The translations under genes were made by a program, and so were the position numbers. A DNA stretch of 64,000 bases, taken from NCBI GenBank assembly GCA_012295275.1, contig CM022677.1, positions 23,312,001-23,376,000 on the forward strand. The letters are read 5' to 3'. This document shows positions 1 through 13,541 of this stretch, in pieces (the stretch's first letter is position 1; each line of letters begins with the position of its first letter). A model generated the notes under the pieces. That model had not been told where the DNA came from. It saw nothing but the letters and a program-made list of their open reading frames with translations, and ran no database searches. This DNA is from Chrysomallon squamiferum. Lineage: Eukaryota; Animalia; Mollusca.

Positions 1-1093
1 GCATTTAAGTCTGGAAATGGCAGACAAATGCTAGAAATTGAGTTTTAATCCATGATGGTGAAGAATAAAATTCAGTATGTAACGGTAACATTTCTTATAA
101 GACCTTTTTCTATTTGGTTTCAAGCAAAATGGACTGTTTTGATAGATGATCATAATCTGAAGCAAATTCTGCTCTGCAAAAGATGCAGTTTATTTTAAAG
201 CAATTTAATGCCTTCAGTTTCTAGTGTTCGTAATGTATGATAGGATAATTTATAATATTTGGGTAAGATGTAAATGTTACAAAATGTCTGCTAAACATAT
301 AATGTTAAATACATTCTCAGTATAAACATTAAAAGTGGAAATTTAGACTTCATAAGTGACACAAAATGTGTGACAGGAAGAAAAAGCAGCGTGTTATTGA
401 TTACAACATTTTATCAAAGAGATGTTCTGATTGGTGTAGAAATCTTTAATTTTTATAACCCTCATTACCATTAGTTGACATTTCATAACCTTTATTCCAT
501 GGTAATTCATTTGCAATAATATATGTTAAGCAGAATAATTGTTAATGTTTTCTCTATTGTTGATATATTCTCTAACCTATGTATGGCATATGTAATGTAT
601 ATTTGTTTACTACTGTGTGCAGGTGAATGGACATACAGCTGTTGATACGGCAAATTTTAATGTCCAATATAAATAATAAAATTTTGTTAGCAAAATCTGA
701 AATCAATAAATTTTTGTCTATGCATCTATAGATTGACTAGTTTTTGTTTTCCTTTTCTTTTTCTCGTGTGATTTGTTGTAAGAATTTTCTTGACACTTTT
801 TCACATTCATTATTCTATTTTTATTTTTATTTTATTGTAATTTGTTTATTTATTTTGTTTGTTCATTCGTGTTAGTTCTTTTTTTTCTTTATATAAATTA
901 TTCTTTTTTTTTTTTTTTTAATCTGTTTTATTACTTTTATGACTTTTATGATGTGTATACAGCTTCTCTGATTATAACTAGTTGAAATATAGATAGCAAA
1001 ATAAATAAATAAATGATAATAATAATAATGGCATACCCGTAAATGATAAAATTATAATCTGTACTTGTTGAGTAAATTTCATCTTGAAATCAT

Positions 1094-1225
1094 TTTTATA
1101 ACCGAGATCCAATAACTCTAGACATATTATAATAATCATCTGAGTCTATTAGGTAACCCTTTTTATAACAGAGATCCAACAACTCTAGATATATCATAAT
1201 AATCATCTGAGTCTACTGGGTAACA
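1094..1225 (+). repeat. Local ~66-bp direct duplication, present only in copy 1
   Basis: ttttataacc/agagatccaa..actctaga..aataatcatctgagtcta..ggtaac occurs twice; once at ~12451-12515. Confidence 0.8.
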
Positions 1226-2639
1226 GCTCTCAACTTTTTTGTGTTTCCTCTTTTATTGTTACAGAGCAGCAGGTTGGACCCTTTGAGGTAGGCAGTCTGA
1301 AACAATGTTCCGCAGTTAGTTTACTGAAAGATTATCTATATGATACATTTGAGTAAATCCAACTTAAAATGTATCTTTTGTGCTTGTTATCTTAAACCAT
1401 ACCCAATTATTCATGATGCCATTCATTTCTACGCAACAATAAACACATTATAAGCAGTTTCAGCTAAAGATGGTGTGAAGTACAGAAAACAACTGGCTAG
1501 GTACGATAATACTTTAATGGAATGGACAATGGAAGAGCTCAGAGCTACTGTAAACAATCTGAAGATGTGAAAGACATCTTTGATACGATTTAGAATATCT
1601 GCAGCTGAGCATGATGGAACTGATGGCCCTAATTAATTAACTGCTATAATGGGTGAAATTTGCAAAGAATCTGTTTTATAATAAATACCTGACAGATAAA
1701 GATGTGTTTATAATATTTTTAAATGTTATTTAGGTGTTTTTCACATTTATAATAACTGTTTCAAAATGTCCTAGTTCTAACATAACCGCGACATCGGGCA
1801 CATTTCAGTAGTAATCAACATTATTTTAGGTGAAACGTTTCACTGATGATATACTTGTCATAACTAAATTGGAGAAAAAAACTCAAAGAATGTGCTTCTC
1901 TTTCATCCCAATGAGAAACCTTGAACTTCGCAACAACATTGACCATGTGATGCAGTTAAAAAAAAACCCCAAAACAACCAAACAAACAAATAAATATTAA
2001 CATAAAATAACATAAATAGTAACTAAATAAATAAATAAATAATAAAAAATGCAATAAAGATAACAGAAAATAAACTTAATTTAAAAATAATCCTTTATTT
2101 AAACAGTTCATGAAAATAATGAAAGACCGTTGATAAAGCAGCTCTAGTCCCGTTTTCAACGGGAAGTAAGCAAACGGAATGTCAGAAGCGTTTAACTTGA
2201 CAAACGGCCTTAGATAAATAAATGAAAGATAAACAAACAGTTACTGGCTAAGCCTCGAAAAATATATAATAATAATAATAATAAAAGGTTCAAATTGATT
2301 GAATTCGGGGTAATTTAATAGTGGCGGATACTTTTGGGTACGAATTACTGTTAGACATCAAATTATTTGCTCTTGATTTTGTTTTCTTAGAACTAGGAAG
2401 TACAAAATCTTTATAAATTAATAAGACATCTCTTCATAAGGTAATAATAAAAATTAATAATTTCTGGTGTAGCACGGTTTGGGAACTAATGATTTTGCAA
2501 GATTAAGATAAACTGTTAAGAATTCATGGCGAATATTGTGTTAAGAAGACGATCGATTTCGAGCAATAACTGAATTTATTGAATTTATTTTATAAATTTA
2601 TTTATCTAGTCTAATTGTCATTAAAATAAATGTTTTCAG

Positions 2640-2727
2640 TTTATATTTGCACTTTGGGTGATAGAGAGACAGAAACAAGTATCAAATTATTGGGTTTATA
2701 CATGATGTCGCAATTTTAATTTATAAG
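2640..2727 (+). other. Putative 5'UTR exon of STAND-ANK copy 1 (homologue at ~13849-13937 in copy 2)
   Basis: tttcag| ... taag|gtaagt consensus sites conserved in both copies. Confidence 0.5.
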
Positions 2728-2981
2728 GTAAGTTGCTGAAAGTAAGTGTTATCGCCGGACGACACAACAAAATGGGTTACGTTGTTGTTTCTGTTTTAGG
2801 AAATAATTTTATTATCATTTTAATAATTTTTCTTCAGTTAACTTTTTAAAATAGTATTTAAAACTTATGAATTATAAAATCATTTGATTTCGCTTCCAGA
2901 TTTCCTCCCACCCACAAACTACTGTTTTGACATATTAACGAAACTAGGAAGTGTATTGGAATTCATCAAAGACTTCAAAAG

Positions 2982-5900
2982 ATGACCGACATGCAAAAGA
3001 TTACTAGACCGATGAATGCTCTCACTTTAGGTTCACCAAATCCTTCTCCACTGACAGGTAGGTTTTCTTAGACTTTTGTTTATTTGGTTTTTAGTTTGCT
3101 GAACTAAGAGAATTTGAAATAACAATGTAGGCCAACAAATGAAGGCTATTATTCAGATTTAGCAAAATAGTGATATCTTATTAGTTTTTGAATCATTTAT
3201 ACAAATATATAACTTTTTTTAATACAAAAAAGTATATACACTATAAACTATAATGAAATATAAATATACTTTGAATTTTTTATAATTTATATCCTTAGGT
3301 TATCCTTTATTAAAATGAAGATATATATTGTTCAAAGTTACATCTTTAGCATTTAGTTGTTGGGTTACATATTTAAAAAAAAAAAAACCCCAAAAACACA
3401 ACAAAATAAAAACAAAACATAAATTAAACAACAATAACAAAAAAATAAAAAACACAGCTATGAAAAAAGGTAATGAATAATTGTTTTTATTAATAATGAT
3501 TTTATTTTGTTACATCATTGTAAAAAACAACAGTGAAATAAATATGTAAAAATCTACAACCGTCAATGTATATTCCTAATTCCAAAAATCTGAAAACTTT
3601 TTGATCCCACAAATATTAGTAAGAGATCCTCATCTTATTTGACATTTTGGACACTTCTTGACAGTTCTTCTAGTTGTAGAACAATATTTCTTGTAAACTA
3701 TATGTATATGTATATATATATAAATTAACCATGGTAATTAAACACAATCACAGCTTGCAGTTAACACACATATATATATATATATATATATAGCTTAACA
3801 AAATAATCAGTATCATTTAGCAAAATAATATATTATACTTTAACAGATAATATTTTAAACATTATTACTGGAGCTGTTGATAAACAGTTACTAAAAATAG
3901 AAATAACATAATTTATGTATTGACATTTTAGCACTCTATCAGAATTCCTGAATGTTACAAAAATGACACTGCAAATTGCAATAATGATTTAAAATATTTA
4001 TTAAAATTATAATTCTTGTTTCAGTTCGGTCAGGCATTGCATCACCTGTGACTGTTGCTGGAGTAGAAGACACTGTGGCTTCACGTGAAAAAAGTAAGTT
4101 GAAGTTATAAATACACAGTGTAGTTTTTATCAATAGATGTGTGCAAATCTAAGAAAACGTCACTTGTGTCAATATACATGTGTCTGTAGTGCTCTGTGTT
4201 TTAGTATATGTCAGAAAATAAGTTTGTGTTCTTTTGTGTTAGGGTTAATGTGAATGTTTGCTGTTTGGCTCTGTGTTAATGTTGTTGTGTCTGTGAGTTA
4301 GGCTTGGTGTGTTTGTGTATTTTCAGGTATGTGTGATTTTTGTGTCTGATCTATGTGCTTCCTGTATGTATAAGTGTTTCTGTCTACCTGTGTGATGTAT
4401 GTGTGTGTGTGTGAGTGTATTTCTCTTTATTCTGTTTGTATGTGTATTACTGTATGTGTGTGTTTGTCTTTTAATGGAAATAATGTTTAATTTATCCAAA
4501 TGAATGTCATTTGTAGGTACATAATTAATGTATAAAAAGAAAAGAAAAAAACAAAAAGAAACAAAACAACAAAACAAAAAATCCCAATCCCTCCACAAAA
4601 AAACAACAGCAGCCGAATAGATTTACATGGTCGATAATAGGGTATAGGACACAGCCAGTGTCTATAACTATTAAATAATGACTTCTAAATAGATATTTAA
4701 AAAATATTGCCTTCTCATTGATATAAAACATGTTTAACTTGTGCAAGAAATAGTTTGATGTGTGAAGAAATTTTAAAAAAATATATTTTTGTTATAATTA
4801 AAATTTTGTTATAAAGAATAAAAGTTTGCTCAAACAAAATAAATATAAATATGTTTTTTTTAAATTCTAAGGCATTTCCCCCAGACATTCCCCCCAGGCA
4901 ATTCCCCCCAGTCATTTCCCTGCTCATTTCCCCTGTAGGATATTTCCTCCTAGGATATTTCCCCCCATATCTCTATTATGTTTATTATAATAATATACTA
5001 TTGTTAACATTATGTGTATATTAAAATATTTTATATTAAGTTTTAAGCTTAGTAATATTTTATTTTAAGTAATTGATGGGTTGTTTCTGAGTAGGAGAAT
5101 AATCAAATGCAATTGTGATAAACATAAAAAGGCTGGTTTTCCTTCAGTGAATGAATTAGTGTGAATTAATTACGATTAAGATTGTATGCAATATTAATTC
5201 CCCACAATTATATTTATAGAGTGGATTTTTCTTAATATGTTAATTGCAAGCTGTGATTGTGTTTAATTACCATGGTTAATTTTATTGACGTTAATTAAAT
5301 ACATGTTTGCTTGAATCAAAGAAATTAATTTACAAATGAAACAACTACTAATGAGAACTGCTCCAGAGCAGTAGGTACTCTTTGAGGATATAAAAGGAGG
5401 TAATATCTTAGTACGAGTCAGTTACTTTCAAATCTAACCATGGCTTCTATTACTTCTACATGCGGCAAAAATAAGATAGTTATAGATGGCTACATTTATG
5501 TGAAGCAGAAGGATCTCGAACGAGGTGTGGTGTCGTAAGAGTGTCATATATGTAGATGAGGAAAGGTTAATAGTGGACAGTGTAAGGTTAAGGTCAATGG
5601 AGAAACAGTGGGCAGACTGAATGAACATACTCATGCGCCAGTTGTTGGCAGATCTGAAGCAATACAAGTTTGGGCAACTATGAAACACCGCACATTGGAT
5701 ACCGTGGAAACACCACAGCAGATCCTTGCCACTGGCTTGCAGAAAATCACGCAACACAACTAATAACTCCACTCAGAACCATCAGAAGAGCAAACGACTC
5801 CTCACCAGTTGCTCAACAAGTAACCAATCTTCTAATTCCTGACAACTGTAAGCCTATCATGGATTATTTCGAGGATTTGTTCATTGGGCGTCCAGGTCAT

Positions 5901-8900
5901 CGAACAGGCGAGGTCCCACATTTCCACACTCCCTGTGGAACTGTTATGATCGTGTTGAAGCTGGTCTACCTCGAACCAATAACAACATTGATGGGTGGCA
6001 TCAACGCGTGGCTGCTTGTGTCAGCTGTCATCATCCAAACATCTGAATATTTCTGGACATTTTGAAGAAGGAACAGAATTCACCAAACAGAATGACTAGA
6101 TCCTAGCAGGAGAATGTCCACCCCCTCAGCTACAGGTATACAGAGATATCGGGCAACGCCTACAAACACTAGTCAGGGACTACCAGAACAAACCCCATCT
6201 CAATTTCCTGCATGGTGTGGCACACAATCTCTAAATGTAAATTTATTATGAAATCTAGGACATATATATAACTGTATATAAATGCATACAAATGTACAAA
6301 AAAGTTAACACGTTCAACATAATTTGCATTTCATTGTTTCATTTACGTTTTCATAATAAAAGATATAATAAAGGAGGGAAATATCCAAGGGGGAAATGAC
6401 TGGGGGAAGTGCCCGAGGGAAAACTATTCGAGAGGGAATTGCCCTGCAACTGTTTTTTTTTTTTTAAAACCTTTCACTTACACTGCTACAGACATATGTG
6501 GTTTTGTATCTCTGTTTCTCTGCATTGTGTTTATGTAACATTCTTATTTATATGTTTAATGTTTTAATTTGTTAAATTGTAGGACATCTCAACAATAGGA
6601 TTACTGAAGCCCACAGTCTGTTTGTGGAAACAAAAGCTTTCAGACATGCTAGAGATGCTCTGGCTGATGTTCAACACTTGATTCTTCTAGATGCGCCAGG
6701 CTGTGGCAAAACAACCATCTCCCTGATGCTGATGAGAAAATACATTAAAAAAAAATATCGTTATTATTTTATTGATTCCTACGATGATTTTAATGTAATA
6801 CATAAAATTGATACTCGTGATAAAAATGTGTTGATTTTTGATGACTTTTTTGGAAAAAGTGGTTTAAAAGATTTTGTAAAATTGTCCAAAACTCTACAAG
6901 ATTTGGACAGTATTAGTAGTAAACTGAATAATTTGAAACATGGTGAGGATTCGCAGCATGATTTAAAAGTGATTTTCACTTCAAGAAACTACATTTTCGC
7001 AATGGCAAAACCACAGCTTGGACAGTACGAACGTACAATTATGAAAGATTCAAATGTAGTTAACTTGTCTGAGTATCCACTTACAGAGACGGAAAGAAAA
7101 CAAATGTTATTAAAGCACTGCCAGTCTGTAAATATTGAAATGAGTGAAGAAAAATTAGGAGACATTGTAAAGAAAACAGAAAACACGATAGGCTTTCCCT
7201 ACAGTTGTAAAATGTTTTCAAAAGTAAACGTTTTCCAGAAAATGCCTGAGTCATATTTTTCAACGCCATTCATCTATCTTAAAGATCATTTGGCAGAGAT
7301 TTTACTGAAAGGGACAGTGCCTGGTCAAGCGTCTGCTTTGGTATTAATGTTTTTACTGGAAGGAAAACTCATGATCAGAGATCTTGATCCCTGGACACGA
7401 AAGGAACCAAAAGTAGAAGAATATATGAACTGTTTATATGCTAATATGACTAAGGAGCCACATGAAATAACTCAAGGTGCCGTGTCTTTGGAAGGTTCAT
7501 TTTTAGAAAGAAACAACCAGACATATGTGTTTACTCATCCAGCAGTCTATGATGCTATAGCTTCTATCATGGGTAAAAAAGATCCCAATTTGATCCTTAA
7601 ACATTGTCAGATGTCATTCATCCTAGAATATGTTCATCTAGAGACGAACAAGTCAGGGATGAACAAAACAGATGATTATGAGTGTTCAGTTACCATACCC
7701 GAAGTACATACAGCAATGATGGTAAAACGTTTTGCTGATGAAATAAAGGAACGTAATTTCAGAGAGACTTTACCACATGATGTTTTCCAGGAAGAAACAT
7801 TTGTTGATGAAGTCATTGGAGAATTGGAAAGTGATGACAGTTTGCCTGATATATTTCACAAGTGTGACAGAACACATGGACACTGTTTTTTATTTTGGGC
7901 CACACTTTACTCGACACCACAAATTGTGAAAACATCACAAGAAACTAATTTTGTTAAACATTTTTTGGTGCAGAAAGCCTGTGAACGTTCTGAGTTTAAT
8001 AACAGCGAACTGCTTGCTGGATTTCTTGGCTGTGCCTTAAGTGGGAACATGAAATCATTTGAAAGAATCATTGAAAATAAGAATAAATCTTCTAACTTAG
8101 AGAACGATAATGTGGCATCAGCAACAGTGGAAGAAATAATAAAAGGAAATTTGTTAAGATCACTTTCAGAGGAAAATGAACAAAATTCACAGTTTGCATT
8201 CTTTGGCAACCAGAGAGATGGCCTACTTCATGTTGCCTGCATTCATGGTTATGCAGACATTGTAAAAGAGTTTCTGAAATTAGGGTGTATTGTGAACGGT
8301 CGGGGAGAGCTTGGCCGAACACCCTTAATGTACGCCAGCAGATATGGACATGAGGATGTTGTAAACATTTTACTAGACTTCGATGCTGATATTAACCTTA
8401 CAGATGACGAAGGAGCAAGTGCACTTCACCTTGCTGCGCGTGGTGGTCACATCAGTGTGATGAAAATGTTCACTGATCATGGAGTTGATATCAATGAGAG
8501 AGGAGAGCACCAGAGAACACCACTGTTGTATGCCTGCAGATATGGATACTATGAGTTTGTAAAGTTTTGTCTTGACAATGGAGGTGACCTCAGCTTGAAA
8601 TGTGATTATGATTCGTGTTTACATCTGGCTTGTATTTCTGGTAGACTTGATACAGTGAAACTTCTGGTGGAGAAGGGAATGGATGTTAATGAACCAGGAC
8701 AGTTTTCTCGTAGCCCTGTAATGTTTGCAATCCGACATGGAAATATTGAAATTGTTGAGTATTTGAAAGAACATGGAGCAGATTTAAATATTGCTGACGA
8801 CAAAGGGGAAACTGCATTTTCTCTTGCAGTAGTTAGTGGAAACGTTGAACTGGCCAAACAGTTCCTTCCAATTGTTGAAGGTCTAGAGAATGTATGTGAC

Positions 8901-10271
8901 AAGGAAGGGCTTACTCCTTTTGAAAAAGCCAGTGCACTGGGTCACACTGACATGATAAAATATTTCATGGACAACAACAGGGAAGTCCTTCCTTTATCTC
9001 GTTGGCTTATTGCTGCATCTTACAAGGGTAGAATGGATATCATCAAACTGTTGGTAAAACAGTGTGATATCAATGAAAAAGGACACAAAGGACGGACTGC
9101 TTTAATCACTGCTTGTCTTGGAGGGCAGGCAGAAACTGCAGAGTTCCTCATTGAAAATGAAGCAGAGGTCAATCTTTGTGATGAATGTGACAATAATTGT
9201 TGGAACTATGCATGCAGTAGCGGTTCAGTAGATTTAGTCAAAGTGCTCCTCAAAAAAGGATTTACACTGAAAACAAGATGTCAAAATGAAAAGACTGCTT
9301 TAATGTGTGCTTGCAGAACAAATTCTTGTGAGCTTTTTGAGTTCCTTCTTGAAGCTGATAAAAAAAGTGTTGAAACATTGGATAAACATGGTTTAAACTG
9401 TCTTCATCACTGCTGCTTTTCAAAAAGTGACTCTCCAGTGTTATTAGAAAAACTGATTGCTCTTGGGTTAGATGTTAACAGCAGAGATGACAGTTTGAAG
9501 ACTCCGGCTATGTACGCTTGTAGAAATGGTCTGACAAAAATTCTTAAATGTCTTATTAAGCATAATGCCAACTTAGAACTAAAAGACAAGAATGATCAGA
9601 ACTGTCTACATTTTGCTTGCTGGACTAAGAGAAGAGATATTGTACAAATTTTGATTGATCATGGGCTGAACATTAACTGCATAGACAACAATAAAACTAC
9701 TCCTTTAATGGTTGCTTCATATAAAGGTAATCCAGCAGTGGCTGAGTTTCTTCTGGAGAACGGGGCTGATGTCAACAAACAAAATAGCTTTGCTCGAAAC
9801 TGTGTACATGAAGCTGCAAAAGAAAGACAGATACCAGTACTTGAAGTCTTCATCAAACATGGTGTTGACATGTACATGGAGGGCAAATATGGAAGGACAC
9901 CATTCTTGTGTGCATGTCAGTACGGAAACACAGATGTTGTAGAGTTTTTTAAAAAACACGATGTTAGGGTATTGGACAGAGATAGCAATGGAGCCAATGG
10001 CCTTCACCTTTGCTGCATGGGAAAGAAAGATACTTCTTCTGTAGCTAGAAAACTGATACACTATGGAATAAATGTCAATGATAGGGACAATAATGGAATG
10101 AGTCCAATTATGTATGCTTGTTTACATGGTAATGAGGTACTTTTTAATTTTTTATATTCAAAAGGAGCTAGCATTCATTTTCAGGATAAACACAGAAGAA
10201 CATGTTTGCAGTTAGCTAGAAGAGGAGGGAACTCACGGATAGAAGCTAAGATTAGAGAATATCTAAACTGA
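2982..10271 (+). CDS. nSTAND3-type STAND NTPase + ~21 ankyrin repeat protein (NLR-like), copy 1, ~1277 aa; coding exons 2982-3057, 4025-4093, 6583-10271
   Basis: GT-AG phase-1 introns join MTDMQKITRPMNALTLGSPNPSPLT / VRSGIASPVTVAGVEDTVASREK / RHLNNRITEAHSLFVETKAF in frame with the 1215-aa ORF; Walker A DAPGCGKTT, Walker B VLIFDDFFG, sensor VIFTSR, FTHP motif; 21 ANK motifs (e.g. GRTPLMYAS, GASALHLAA). The ORF-track start at 6624 is an internal GTG. Confidence 0.85.
4871..6448 (+). mobile_element. Decayed Mutator-like (MULE) DNA transposon with FLYWCH domain, in intron 2 of copy 1
   Basis: C-rich left end (ggcatttccccc...cagtcatttccc...ggatatttcctcc) is inverted to G-rich right end (ggagggaaatatcc...gggaaatgactggggg...gggaattgcc); from ~5440 translates as MASITSTCGKNKIVIDGYIYVKQKDLERGVVS*EC..R*...CKVKV...NEHTHAP (FLYWCH-like); C-terminal FPHSLWNCYDRVEAGLPRTNNNIDGWH is typical of MULE transposases. 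Confidence 0.85.
6583..10271 (+). CDS. Large terminal exon of STAND-ANK gene copy 1
   Basis: Acceptor ttgtag at 6577-6582; uninterrupted ORF to TGA at 10269-10271. Confidence 0.95.
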
Positions 10272-10698
10272 CTGCTGTGTAGAGGTTTCTTCTCGTACAT
10301 GTTGTGTCTTGTAACTACATGTATTTGGAAAAAGTCATTTATTAAATGCACAAAAGGTTTGCTAATAAGATGTGTTTTATTACAAATAGTGAAGACGGTC
10401 ACCTGTCAAGTATGCTGATTTCTTCTTATTTAAAAGCTAAATATCAAATATTCAAGCTGCTTGCAAAATACATACCCCAAAAACATAAAAGAAGATAAAA
10501 ATATCCACATATATACACATAGATATTTATACATAAATAAGCATGTAATAAGCATGTAAAATAACAGAATATGCACTGATTAACTGTTTACTGTCTGCAG
10601 ATACCAGCCTTATTCAGCACAGGTTAGAATGGAAACTGCAGAGAGGCTCTGCAAATATTCTGATACTTATTAGTATTGGTACATTTCTTTATTTGTTA

Positions 10699-10699
<1 letters not shown>

Positions 10700-10741
<42 letters not shown>
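10700..10741. repeat. (TG)n microsatellite
   Basis: Direct reading. Confidence 0.95.
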
Positions 10742-10742
<1 letters not shown>

Positions 10743-13408
10743 TTTTTATGCCATTTCAGATGTTCTTAATTCACATACTTAATTAGAAAGATAGAAACAT
10801 AATTCAATTTGTGATTGTTTACAGATGTAAATTTACTTCTATGAATATATTTTGAATGTTGTCACAGTTATGAATATTTATAATAATATGTATGATGTCT
10901 TCTGTTTTATAAATTTTTACATTTTATGGAGATATTATATACCTAATTATAATATATTTGACATTGCATATTTTCTGACAGAAAGTTAATGTGTTTGTGA
11001 CGGATAAGGTATTTATTTATTTATTTTGTAAGTTTATCTTGTTGATATCTTCCAAATTATCATATTATACTTTCTATACATTAATATACATTTTATTACT
11101 TACTTTTGGTGTTTGATAGTTGTTATTTAAAAATATATGATTTATTATTTAATATTTGATATTTTAAACATAATTATTGCTGCCGCTGCTTCTAACTGAA
11201 TTTTAATGACAATTAAATATATATATATATATATATAATTTTTATTTATTATTCATGTTGCATGTTATTTAAAATGCTTATTAAAGACATTGATTCCTAT
11301 TTCTCTTTTATTTTCTATTTAGTTATGTTACAAAAATAAAATATAATTAATCATTTATCCCTTTTCTTCTATTCAGAAATGAATGCGTTTTTTATACGCG
11401 TATATTTACGTGATGAAATACACTTAATTATATGCTAACGATCGATCTGGAACTGTGAATCTTTTGGTCGATAGCATTTGAAAGGCACTCGCGCGCGCGC
11501 GCACGCTCGCACACACAAACACTGGCACAATACAACATAACATATAGTTACTAAAATTAGGGCATGCAGGTTGAAAAATCTTAGACGGTTGGTTAGCATT
11601 TTCTTTGTTGCTTAACCACATAAATTTAAAATCAAAACAGAAATCGAAAGAGCAACATAAAAAGAAATTAAACAAAACAAAACGAACAAATAAATAAACA
11701 ACAACAGCTAACGAACGTAGAGGTACGAAATGCAACTATTTCTGACATTTTTGCAGACAGATGTCTTTCTCTTCTGTCCAGTCAAACGCATTGTTTGCTG
11801 ATATATTGCAACTTGCTCTGAATGCGAGACTACGGAAGCCCATTTCCGCCATTAGTAAAACAAGTGTTTATTACGTTATTAAGAGATAATATTTTACAGC
11901 GTGTTATTATAACTAGACAATTTTTGCGTTACTGCGAGATATTGCATTATTAAGAGATAACCACTGCGTTATTTTTGAGAAAACATTGCATTATTACGAG
12001 ATAACGTTTTAGGCTTAATTGCTACATGTTTTACGGACATGACGATTGTTGCTTATGGATATGGATTTCCACATAATGAAAAATCTGAAATCAATAAATG
12101 TTTAGCTATGCATCTATAGACTAATTTTTATTTTCCTTTACTTTTTCTCTTGTGATTTGTTGTGAGAATTTTCTTGACACTTTTTCACATTCATTTGATT
12201 GTAATTTATTTATTTATTTATTTTGTTTGTTCATTCCCTTTAGTTCTTTTTTTTTCTTTATATAAATTCTTTATTTTTTTCTTTATTAATCTATTTTAAT
12301 GCTTTTATGATGTGTATACAGCTTCTCTGACTATAACTAATTGAAATACCAAAATGATAATAATAATAATGGCATACCCATAAATGATAATATTCAAGTG
12401 ATATCTAAAATTAAATGTGTACTTGTTGAGTAAATTTCATCTTGAAATCGTTTTATAACAGAGATCCAATAACTCTAGATATATCATAATAATCATCTGA
12501 GTCTATTGGGTAACTGCTCTTAAATTTTTTGTTTTCCTCTTCTTGATGCCATTCATTTCTACGCAACAATAAACACATTATAAACAGTTTCTGCTAAATT
12601 CAGCTAAAGAAGTTATGAAGTACAGAAAACAAGTGGCCAGGTATGATGATGCTTTAATGGAATGGACAATGGAAGAGCTCAGAGCTACTGTAAACAATCT
12701 GAAGATGTGAAAGACATCTTTGATACGATTTAGAATATCTGCAGCTGAGCATGATGGAACTGATGGCTCTAATTAATTAACTGCTATAATGGGTGAAATT
12801 TGCAAGAATCTGTTTTATAATAAATACCTGTCAGATAAAGATGTGTTTATAATATTTTAAAATGTTATTTAGGTGTTTTTCACAATTATAATAACTGTTC
12901 CAAAATGTACTAGTCTTAACATAACAGCGACATCTAACAGTTTCAATAGTAATCAACATTATTTTAGATGAAACGTTTCACTGATGATATACTTGTCATA
13001 ACTAAATTGGAGAAAAAAAACAAAGAATGTGCTTCACGTTCATCCCAATGAGAAACCTTGAACTTCGCAACAACATTGACCATGTGATGTAGTTAAAAAA
13101 ACAACAACAAAAAAAACAACAAAAAAATAAATATTAACATAAAATAAAATAAAATAAAATAAATAGTAACTAAATAAGTAAATAAATAATAAAAAATGCA
13201 ATGAAGATAACAGAAAATAAACTTAATTTAAAAATAATCCTTTATTTAAACAGTTCATGAAAATAATGAAAGACCGTTGATAAAGCAGCTCTAGTATCGT
13301 TTTCAACGGGAAGTAAGCAAACGGAATGTCAGAAGCGTTTAACCTGACAAACGGCCTTAGATAAATAAATGAAAGATAAACCAACAGTTACTGGCTAAGC
13401 TTCGAAAA

Positions 13409-13541
<133 letters not shown>

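Larger units (their letters stand above)
692..12080 (+). repeat. Segmental tandem duplication, copy 1 (~11.4 kb)
   Basis: aaaatctgaaatcaataaa...tgcatctataga at ~692 recurs at ~12080; atggatttccacataatgaa (12061-12080) recurs as atggctttccgcataatgaa (22011-22030); collinear similarity throughout. Confidence 0.93.

Noticed and set aside
3560-3700. Minus-strand CxxC-containing fragment (CSTTRRTVKKCPKC), also ~14460-14600
   Set aside because: Too short to assign; may be a transposon scrap
6624-6626. GTG start of the 1215-aa ORF (also 16761)
   Set aside because: Internal Val; the frame extends upstream to a splice acceptor and joins ATG-bearing exons
6779-10061. Short antisense or alternative-frame ORFs within the ankyrin genes (both copies)
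   Set aside because: Shadows of the real CDS; conserved only because of the duplication
11861-12010. Short gcattatta(a/c)gagataa repeats near the duplication end (also ~21815-21955)
   Set aside because: Probably a remnant of a non-autonomous element, but no termini could be defined
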